Assembly (NCBI RefSeq): GCF_002113885.1
Contig: NW_018403513.1
Location: forward strand, 706,883 to 770,882
Length of the DNA stretch: 64,000 nt
Reading direction: 5' to 3'
Source: Mizuhopecten yessoensis
Lineage: Eukaryota
Positions 42,001 through 54,000 of this stretch are shown piece by piece (the stretch's first letter is position 1; every line of letters begins with the position of its first letter). The notes under the pieces were generated by a model. The model was not told the DNA's origin, ran no database searches, and saw nothing but the letters and a program-made list of their open reading frames with translations. The position numbers and the translations under genes were made by a program.

Positions 42001-45000
42001 AAGGGGTCACCACAGCTCCAGTGTCACCAACGGGCAGTTGTTTCATGTTAAATGTTTTTACCTTAAAGTACAAGGGAGTCATGACGCAGAACCATAAATG
42101 TACCATAAATAAAACAAAATATGCTTTTGTCTTTTACATCACAGCTCCAGTGTCACCAGTGGGCAGGTGTCACCACAGCTCCAGTGTTCCCAATCCGGCA
42201 GGTGTCACCACAGCTCCAGTGTCCCCAATCGGGCAGGTGTCACCACAGCTCCAGTGTCACCAACGGGCAGGTGTTTCATGTTAAATGTTTTTACCTTAAA
42301 GTACAAGGGAGTCATGACGCAGGACCATAAATGTACCATAAATAAAACAAAATATGCTTTTGTCTTTGGCCAACGTTAAATGTTTTGTGACAATGAAAGA
42401 GTTAAATAATTTCCAATTATAGCAGAAAAGGCAGAAACAGTTAGATTTGTTTCAATTATATTCCAAAGTGAAGATGGTGTTCGTCAGTTTTGAAAAATGT
42501 ATTATACAGAATTGCCAGTTGTCATTGCATAGAGCCACACTCGAAAGTCTGTTAATTCGATTGAAGATGGAAGTTATTAAAGAACAAGGAACTTCCTGCA
42601 TTTGTTTGTTATTCTGTTTCCTCAGCTTTTGTTCAAGTGATCAATAAAACCGCTACATGTACGGAGAAGATTTTGCATCATTATGACAACATGAAAGGAA
42701 GGGCTGACGGAGCTTCATTTATTGTTCCATCTAAATCAATATACATCGCGCCTCAGTTGTGGGATGGAGCTTTGAATAACCCTCATCAAAATCATACGTC
42801 AATCTATTCCTTCGTTTCTAGGAATAAATCTAAATAGAAAAAAATGTGATATTTTCTTTGAATCCAATTTTCACCATGTTGGCTAAAACCCAATTTCTTC
42901 AAAAGGGGTTTCAGAAATATTGTAATGCTGCAATTTAAATTTAGACAATCAGCTTGAACAAAGAACTATGCTTTAAAGTGCTACTTGTACTAAATGGCCC
43001 AGTAGATTTGGACTAAATTTGGTCTGGAGCATCCTTAGGCCATTAGGAGACTCAATTTTGTATAAACTGTGGATGTGGCCCCCTTGGGGGCAGAGGGGTG
43101 GGTCCCAATAGGGGAAATAGAGGTAAAACCTTTAAAATCCTTCTTCTACCATGGAGATTCAGGGATTTCATCCCAATTTGGTCTGGAGCATTGTTGGGTG
43201 ATCAAGGGGACTCAATGTTGTATAATTGGTGGGTGTGGACCCCCTAGGAGTAGAGTTGCCGGGCCAAATAGGGGAAATAAAGAGTTAAAACCTTTAAAAT
43301 CCTTCTTCTACTGTACCATTGGAGGGATTTTATGTAATAAGAATAATTTCCCATGGTTGCTTTATTATCCAGGTGAGCGATACAGGCCCTCTGGGCCTCT
43401 GGTTTACAGATATAAATGAATTCAGCTTTACAAGGAAAAGTGTGAAGGAAAGAGGTCACTGCTAGATTCAAAGTTGTAACTGTCAAAGTTTTGGGACATC
43501 AATCGTTTATGTGATTAATAGGAGAATGAATTCATAATAACAGAAACAACTGTAAAGGCCAAGAAAAAAAATGTGTGTTTCCGATTTCCTTACCAACCCT
43601 AGATTTTTGTGCCTTCCCTAAAGTTTTTATTGGCATTTAGTGATGAGCAATGTTAAAAGTCAGAAGTCCTGCTCTATATAAGCGTAGTAATAAAAATTAA
43701 AAAAATTGGCTACCTGCCGACCCCCAGTAGAAACAGGAAACACACATATTTCTTTTTTGGCCTTATATGGGTGGAAAAATCTATGTTTTGTAGAATTCTG
43801 GTTCTAAAATGCCAAAAGTATGCTGCATCCAGTCTGATTTTGGATTTAAGAGAATTCAGTTGTTTTCACTTTGAATTCTACAGATTTCTATAACCTTATC
43901 CCTCACAGGTCACACCTATTCCTGGGGCCTCAGTCGACCTGACCTTCTTACCCAGTGTTACCAGGGAACACATCCAGTCAATGGCTACCTGGGACCCCTC
44001 GACCCCAGCAAGAATGAGACATACCGTTTCCTCAAAAATCTCTTCAATGAGGTCCTCCATGTTTTCAAGGATGAGTACATTCATCTGGGAGGGGATGAAG
44101 TTCCCATGACCTGTTGGTAAGGAAAAACACCTATGAATCACTTAAATTTTCACGAGATGTTTTTTGTATGTTTATTACCAAAGAAAGTCAAACGTAAGTT
44201 CAAATATCTCACAAATATTGAGACGAAGTCAAACAAGAAAGATTTATTGAGATTTATTGGTCTTTTCATACCGGTAATTAACACAATCACCCCTGAAATT
44301 TGAGGATGGATTATTCCAACCTTTGAATTGGAAGAGTTCAATTGTGTCTTCAGGGATGAATGAGAAAAAATCCGTACAAATTAGTGGTTTATAGAACAAT
44401 TATATACATTTAAAATTAGTGGATTTTACATAAGTATGGTCATAATGACCGGAGAGAGATTTACCCAGCATATCCGGAGAGTAACAGAGCTGATATAGTC
44501 TTCATTTTCTAGGAAAGCTTTCTTGCAGACGTGAAAGCTTAGAACATGGCGTAATCATAATAAAATTTGTTATCGGAAAAACCAATCAAACATTTGCTTT
44601 CTATAAGATTCCTCGTAATCCAAATATGAAAAAAGAAAACTTGTTTACTGCAAGTTTTCAGAAAGCCAATCTGCCTGAGTTTAACAAAAACCTTAGAGTG
44701 AAGATATCCCAAAGTGACATATAAGATGGAACTCAAGTCAGTAGTAATGTAGCATGAAATAAAATTTGAAAGAACTTGTATAAATTTCTTTTCAATATCA
44801 GGTCATCTAACCCCGAAGTCCTTCAGCTACTCAACAAACTGGACGGTAAACCAGACGAACCAATCAACCTTCAGAATGTCGACCCCTACATGTACAGCTA
44901 CGACATTCGGAAAGTCCTCGAGTTCTACGAAAAACGGTATACAAATAATGACATACATGTCAGGAACACAAAGAGCATGAATTCTTATTAAATTCGTTCC

Positions 45001-48000
45001 TCGACACAGACAAGAGTACATTTTGCCAACAATTGATGTCTTGCCTTTTGTTGTTAGGATCCCATTGGTTAAATCTAATACCAAGATTTTGATGTATTTT
45101 GTAATGTGACATGATTTAAAAAATATGAAATCTCGGTACACTGCCATGATGAATGATTGTATTGTATATTATTGACATTCCGTCAACTATTCAACATGAT
45201 TGATATATTGTCTGTCTTGTATGTGATTTGTTTTAAAATAAAAAAACATTTTTTCCTAGACTGACACAAGATCTGAAGGAAATTGGTCGTCGAAGGAAGA
45301 ACGGAGTGCGATTTGTCATGTGGCAGGAGATTATGAATAACAATGTGCAGGTACATGTGATAAAAAAATTCATCTAAATTTTGTGTCGTTGGTCTTCCTG
45401 GTAAACTTGGGAGAGCTTGTGGCATTAACCACTTTTTATTCTTCTTTATCTTTGACTTTGAATTTGTTTCACACTTTTCTTAAAATCTACCTTCTAGATT
45501 TTAATTTTAAATCTACCTACTAGATTTTAATGAAGTTTTTATGACTGTTGATGAGCATGTGTAAATATGCATGTAACTTTTTCTCCTATCCAACATCCAA
45601 GATGGCTGTCATGGCCTTAGATTGACTGACACATTTAGGAGTTTTATACAGAGTTTTATAGGTCTATAACAAGCTACAAACCTCACCTTAAGTCTATAAC
45701 AAGCTACAGACCTCACCATAAGTCTATAACAAGCTACAGATCTCACCATAAGTCTATAACAAGCTACAGACCTCACCATATCTCTATAACAAGCCAGACC
45801 TCACCATATGGCTATAACTGATGATGATTTGTCTATAACAGTTGCCCAATGACACCATCATCCAGATTTGGCAGGGAGACATGGGAGATGTCCAGCGAGC
45901 CATAGACATGGGATATAACACCATATACTCCACCTGTTGGTACCTCGACCTCATCGAGTATGGCGTCAAGTGGCCCAAGTACTACAATTGTGACCCAGCT
46001 GACACAAGCATGGGTAAGTTTATATCGTTAACTGATTACTAAACTAAACAATAAGATATTCATTAAATGATTCATAATTTTGTAAAAAAACAACAACTGC
46101 AAGGACTCGTTTGAAAAATTTAGGTTTGAGAATCTCATTGGACATTGTCTTTTGCCTGGAATATGAAAATCTTCCAGAAAAACAGTATCTTAATTCATCC
46201 AGCATGTTTGGGGGAAAGGAAAGAACTTTTAGTTCACAGTGGTGCCTGTAAAAATAGTTAAATTTGCCCCCCTCCCTCCCGGCAGAATTAAGTAACATTC
46301 TTCAATGCACTGTAATTGTGGATGTTGAACATTGCATTATCTTGGCACTATCTTTTTCAGTTTCTCCCAATGGGGGTCATGACCCCCATTGGGAAATTCT
46401 GTGGGGGGTGATAACGCGAGAACGAAAATTTGTGTGGAAATTTAATAATTTCGCGGGGTCTCGGCTTTACGGCGTATTATGTTTTGTCTTCTGGCAAGAT
46501 CAATGACTTTTTTTGAAAATAACAAAACATTTTATCACACCTTCATTGTTTTATTACATATTCTTAATCAATATACATGTTCTTCTTTTCCTAGGTGCAT
46601 TCTGAAAGCATGAACCATGTTGATTTAGTTTTGCACATAACAAAGCACATATTGTATCATTTCTTAATTCAGATCTCCCTTCTGTCTGGATCTTCTTCAA
46701 CATGGAAAATGTTCTCTCAGAGTCAGCATTACTCACTGAAAGTACCAAACATGCCTTCATTAGCCTACACAACACACCAAACCTAAGATCATTCTCAAAG
46801 GGTTCTTTAACTGCATGCCTTTTGATATCGTACGTAGCACCCTAAGCTACCGAAAAATGATTGGTACACAGTTTACAATAGGCATGATCGGGTCCAATAT
46901 TACTCTTCTGAAGCCACTCATAATCTTATTCCCACGAAGCATTGTACTTACAGGCATACTTTTTCTTTTTTGACGATGAACACTAAAATAACGAACGTTT
47001 TCTCGGGTTAGAAGCCATTTGTGAAAGTGAAATGACAAGCGCTACGATCGGGATTATATGCATTGTAGTAACAGTGAACAGTACTCACCTTTTGAATTTG
47101 CCAGGCTGGTTCCGAAACAGGGACGCCATTGTGAAAACAAATCACTTAGTATACGGACTTTACCTATAACTGAAAGCTAAACTTCCGAGAGACACGAACG
47201 GAACATTTCCGGAGGTACAGAGATCCTAATAAAAGACGCGGATGCGGGTGATTGCGGGTCATATTTACGGAAAGCGGGAGATACGTATGACCTGCGCGGG
47301 TCATAAGATCGTCGCGGGTGATAGGTTCATTTTGCGGGTGTGACCCGCAGAATGCGGGTCATTTAGCAAGTATGTCTTGTGTACCTTTAAATGTTCATCA
47401 ATTCTTCTGTACCTTTCAAATGTGTCATCAGTTCTTGTGTACCTTTCAAATGTGTCATCAATTCTTTATACCTTTCAAATTTGTTATTAATTCTTGTTTA
47501 CGTTTCAAATATGCCATCAATTCTTACCTATCTCTCAAATGTATCAACGTTCAGTTTGTAGCCGAGGTCACTTAATCTGCCAAGTGAGTCCTCTAAGGGT
47601 TGAACCAAACAATAAATCAGGAAATCCATGGCCAGTGCTATTCATATTGAGCTGAAGGGAAGTTCCCTCTAGCCTAGTATTTAACAGATGACTAGACTTA
47701 TCATGGTGACAAATTAAACCGGTCTAGTTACCATTTATGAAAATATCTTCCAATTTTTTTAGTGTGAACCTCTTTTTGAAAGAAAAATATGTTGAAATAA
47801 GGTAGCATATACTGTAGATTTCACTTTATATCACTTTTCATTTGTCGGAGAAAAACATGAGTGTATACTTAAATGTCAGTCCAACAAATAAAAAAATTAG
47901 ATCCCTAAGCATTATACACCACTATGTCTAATACATTTTGTTGTGTTATGTCTTCTGGTTGGGTTGATGAATTGTCAGAATACTTGAAAAACACATTTCT

Positions 48001-51000
48001 TACTTAATCTGAAGGAATATTGATTTATGGGTTGACATTTTTATACACCATTATGTTTCCTTGTTGATGGATTTTATCTCATTCTTGAAGACATTTAAGT
48101 TATAAGGTCTTTAGCCTGTGCCATATGTTAACCTCAGGTGTCACACAGAAGGATAGAGATTTCCAGGTTATTTATTTGTCATAATAAGATAAGTGTAAAA
48201 TAATTGTCAATAGGATTTAAGAGGAAGTCGGTGAATTCCTGATGAACTATATGTGTGTACTATAAGTATTCATAATAATGAAGTAAAACATCTTTGTTGG
48301 GTTGAAACAGGAGGTAAACTATGGTGATTTATCCATGTTTCTTTTGCACTGGTGATCTTGTGTCTGTATGTGGTATACCTCAGGGCTAAATGATAAATGA
48401 TGTTAGCCATTTCTTCCTGTTAATGAGGAAATGCTACATGCTAATACATTTTACTGAAACCATGAGTGCATGTCATCAGAGTGAGACTATGACTCATCAT
48501 TTACATACATACAAAATTTATAAAGCTTTTAACAAATGTCAAGAAATTTAAATCAATTTTTAAAATTAATTTAATAAAAAAATATTTATGCAAGTTCAAT
48601 TTTTAGCTCACCCCGTCCGTCAACTTTTCCTTTAAAACGTTACTAGTCCTGAACGGCCCAGTAGATTTTGACTAAATTTTGTCTGGAGCATTCTTAGGCC
48701 AAGGGGACTCAATTTTGTATAAACGGTGGGTGTGGCCCGCCTGGGGGCAGAGAGGTGGGCCCAATAGGGGAAATAGAGGTAAAACCTTCAAAATCCTTCT
48801 TCTACCGTAGGGATTAAGGGATTTATCCTAATTTAGTCTTGAGCATCCTTGGGTCAAGGGGACTCAATTTTGTATAAATGGTGGGTCTGGCCTGCCTGGG
48901 GGCAGAGGGGCGGGGCCCAATACGGGAAATATAGCAAATTCTTTAAAATCCTTCTTCTTCTGTAGGAATGAATGGATTTGTTCCATATTTGGTCTAAAGC
49001 AACCTTGGGTGAAAGGGAACCAATTTTGTATAAACCGTGGGTCTGGCCCACTAGGGGCCTGAGGGGCGGGGCCCAATAGGGGGAAATATAGCAAATTCTT
49101 TAATATCCTTCTTCTTCTGTAGGAATGATAGGATTTGTTCCATATTTGGTCTAAAGCAACCTTGGGTGAAAGGGAACCAATTTTGTATAAACCGTGGGTC
49201 TGGCCCACTAGGGGCCTGAGGGGCGGGGCCCAATAGGGGGAAATATAGCAAATTCTTTAATATCCTTCTTCTTCTGTAGGAATGATAGGATTTGTTCCAT
49301 ATTTGGTCTAAAGCAACCTTGGGTGAAAGGGAACCAATTTTGTATAAACCGTGGGTCTGGCCCACTAGGGGCCTGAGGGGCGGGGCCCAATAGGGGGAAA
49401 TATAGCAAATTCTTTAATATCCTTCTTCTTCTGTAGGAATGATAGGATTTGTTCCATATTTGGTCTAAAGCATCCTTGGGTAAAGGGGAACCAATTTTGT
49501 ATAAACTGTGGGTCTGGCCCCCCAAAAGGGGCCTGAGGGGTGGGGCCCAATAGGGGAACATAGCAAATTATTCTTTAAAATCCTTCTTCTTCTGTAGGAA
49601 TGATAGGATTTGTTCCATATTTGGTCTAAAGCATCCTTGGGTAAAGGGGAACCAATTTTGTATAAACTGTGGGTCTGGCCCCCCAAAAGGGGCCTGAGGG
49701 GTGGGGCCCAATAGGGGAACATAGCAAATTATTCTTTAAAATCCTTCTTCTTCTGTAGGAATGATAGGATTTGTTCCATATTTGGTCTAAAGCATCCTTG
49801 GGTAAAGGGGAACCAATTTTGTATAAACTGTGGGTCTGGCCCCCCAAAAGGGGCCTGAGGGGTGGGGCCCAATAGGGGAACATAGCAAATTATTCTTTAA
49901 AATCCTTCTTCTTCTGTAGGAATGAAAAGATTTGGTCCATATTTGGTGTGGAGCATCCTTGGTTAAAAGGGGAACTAATTTTGTATAAACAGTGGGTGTG
50001 GCCCCCTTGGGACCTGAGGGGCGGGGCCCAATAGGGGAAATAGAATTAAAACCTTTGTAATCCTTCTTCATAGGGATTAAGGGATTTTCTCCTAATTTAG
50101 TCTGGAGCATCCTTGGGCATAAGGGACTCACTTTCGTATTGACAGCAAGGTTGGCCCCCCTGGGGGCAGAAGGGAGGGGCCCAATAGGGAAAACACAGCA
50201 AACTTTTCAAATACCTTCTTCTTCTGTACGAATGACAGGATTTTGTCCAAATTTGGTATGAAGCATCCTTGGGTTAAGGGGAACCAATTTTGTATAAACA
50301 GTGTGTCTAACCCCACTGGAGGCAGAGAGGCAGGGGCCAATAGGGGAAATAGAGGTAAAACCTTTAAAATCCTTCTTCTACCATTGGGATTATGGGATTT
50401 TATCCTTATTTACCGTCTGGAGCATCCTTTGGCCAAGGGGACTCAATTTTGTATAATTGGTGGGTATGACCTCCCTAGGGGCATAAGGGTGGGCTCTGTT
50501 TGAAGATTGTTCTTGCTATATCTCAAGTACTGAATGGATCTTCCTGAAATTCATATGTACTTACAGCACCTACCATGGAGTGTTATAGGTTTACTTCATA
50601 CCAGTTATTTTAAACATATTCAGGTGAGCAATACAGGCCCTTTGGGCCTCTTGTTCATGATTTCTTTTTTCAATTTCATTAAATTTAATTACACAATTCA
50701 ATCTTAATTGAATTATAAAAAAGCTTATTCAATGATACTATTTAGTTTGTTGAAATGTTGGGTTAGCCATATTTTATTAGGAATTGGTGTGTGTATAATT
50801 GCAGGATACCAGATTGATGAGAAGAAAGTTCTGGGCGGTGAGGCGTGCATGTGGGCAGAATATGTGGATAACGAAAACGTGATGACAACATTGTGGTAAG
50901 TTTACACGAGTTTTGCTTGGGTTTCCTAAAATGGATTAAGGAAAATTGGAATCAAAGGACGTTTTAACAATGGTCAGAAAATGTGAAACAAATTGACATT

Positions 51001-54000
51001 TTACATAGGCACTGGCAAGAAAAATGTGAAACAGATGTTAATAATTTTTACATTACTCAGAAAAATATGAAGCAAAAGGACTCCATATATATGTCAGAAA
51101 AAATGTGAAACAAAAGATTTGGTGACAGTTTTTGAAACAGGTAAGATTGCATTTCAGACGAAAATGCTGTTCATCCATTGGTGAAAAATGGTCAGGTACT
51201 GAACCACTTAAAAGCTATCAATGGATCAGTAAGGACATCTCATTATGATGTCTCAATTGACTAAAACAATTTTGCTGTCTAATAATTTTCTGGTTAAGCA
51301 ATATCATACTTTGACATGAGATTGATAAAAACATAAAGTTCAATTTACAATGAAGAAATTTCAAGAGTTGTTGATGTGGTGAAATGTTCATGTAGTTTGT
51401 CACAACAAGGTGAATAGTGTTAGTGATAACAATAGAACTAACGATAAACTATGTAACTAACGATAAGCTATGTAACTAACGATAAACTATGTAACTAATG
51501 ATAAACTATGTAACTAATGATAACTATGTAACAAATTATAAACTAAGTAACTAACGATAATCTATTTAACTAACGATAAACTATGTAACTAACGATAAAC
51601 AATGTAACAAATGATATACAATGTAACTAAAGATAAACTATGTAACTAACAATAAACAATGTAACAAATTATAAACTATGTAACTAACGATAAACTATGT
51701 AACAAATGATATACAATGTAGCTAAAGATAAACTACGTAACTAATGATAAACTATGTAACTAATGATAAACTAAGTAACTAATCATAAATTGCTAATGAT
51801 AAACTATGTAACTAATGATAAACAGCTAATGATAAACTATGTAACTAATGATAAACTATGTAACTAACAATAACCTATGTAACTAATGATAAACTATGTA
51901 ACTAATGATAAACTATGTAACTAATGATAACTATGTAACAAATTATAAACTAAGTAACTAACGATAATCTATGTAACTACGATAAACTATGTAACTAACG
52001 ATAAACAATGTAACAAATGATATACAATGTAACTAAAGATAAACTATGTAACTAACAATAAACAATGTAACAAATTATAAACTATGTAACTAACGATAAA
52101 CTATGTAACAAATGATATACAATGTAGCTAAAGATAAACTATGTAACTAATGATAAACTATGTAACTAATGATAAACTAAGTAACTTATCATAAATTGCT
52201 AATGATAAACTATGTAACTAATGATAAACAGCTAATGATAAACTATGTAACTAATGATAAACTATGTAACTAATGATAAACTAAGTAACTAATGATAAAT
52301 TGCTAATGATAAACTATGTAACTAATGATAAACGGCTAATGATAAACTATGTAACAAATGATAAACTGCTAATGATAAACTATGTAACAAATTATAAACT
52401 AAGTAACTAACGATAAACTATATAACTAATGATAAACTAAAAAACTAATGATAAACTGCTAATGATAAACTATGTAACAAATTATAAACTAAGTAACTAA
52501 CGATAAACTATGTAACTAATGATAAACTAAGTAACTAATGGTAAACTATGTAACTAATGATAAACTATGTAACTAATGATAAACGACTAATGAAAAACTA
52601 TGTAACTAATGATAAGCGTCTAATGATAAACTATGTAACAAATTATAAACTAAGTAACTAACGATAAACTATATAACTAATGATAAACTAAGAAACTAAT
52701 GATAAACTGTTAATGATAAACTATGTAACAAATTTTAAACTAAGTAACTAATGATGAACTATGTAACTAACGATAAACTATGTAACTAATGATAAACTGC
52801 TAATGATAAACTATGTAACAAATTATAAACTAAGTAACTAACGATAAACTATGTAACTAATGATAAACTAAGTAACTAATGATAAACTATGTAACTAATG
52901 ATAAGCGTCTAATGATAAACTATGTAACTAATGATAAACGGCTAATGTAACTAATGATAAACGGCTAATGATAAACTATGTAACTAATGATAAACGGTAA
53001 ATGATAAACTATGTAACTAATGATAAACGGCTAATGATAAACTATGTAACTAATGATAAACGGCTAATGATAAACTATGTAACTAATGATAAACGGTAAA
53101 TGATAAACTATGTAACTAATGATAAACGGTAAATGATAAACTATGTAACTAATGATAAACGGCTAATGATAAACTATGTAACTAATGATAAACGGCTAAT
53201 GATAAACTATGTAACTAATGATAAACGGTAAATGATAAACTATGTAACTAATGATAAACGGTAAATGATAAACTATGTAACTAATGATAAACGGCTAATG
53301 ATAAACTATGTAACTAATGATAAACGGCTAATGATAAACTATGTAACTAATGATAAACGGCTAATGATAAACTATGTAACTAATGATAAACGGCTAATGA
53401 TAAACTATGTAACTAATGATAAACGGCTAATGATAAACTATGTAACTAATGATAAACGGCTAATGATAAACTATGTAACTAATGATAAACGGTAAATGAT
53501 AAACTATGTAACTAATGATAAACGGCTAATGATAAACTATGTAACTAATGATAAACGGCTAATGATAAACTATGTTACTAAGTACAAGGGGAAATGAGAT
53601 CCAACGTCCGCTAGTGGATGTTCAGTGAAGTTCTGCGTTCCCCAGTTGATTGATTCCTAAATGGAATACACCAGTCCAGCAATAAGGGTAATAGAAATTC
53701 ACTAGTCCAGCAATAAGCTTGGGTAATAGAAATTCACCTGTCCAGCAATAAGGGTAATAGAAATTCACCAATCCAGCAATAAGGGTAATAGAAATTCACC
53801 AGTCCAGCAATAAGGGTAATAGAAGTTCAAAGAAGAGACGACCAGACAACATCAAGTGGGGAGTCTCTGCACATTTTTGTCCAGTTTACATGTTTCAGTC
53901 CACATCATGTAAACTGGATTAAATTTCCCGAGATTCCCCATTTGATGTTGTCTGGTCATCTCTTCTTTGAATATGTAACTAAAACTATGAACTTATGATA

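Noticed and set aside
40145-42379. Multiple 128-413-aa ORFs as a mucin/keratin-like gene
   Set aside because: Same peptide cycle in all three frames from a 35-bp repeat; the gene model splices 33665->43909 in phase without them
48854-50503. Repeated 60-117-aa ORFs
   Set aside because: Products of the 157/161-bp HINE internal repeats
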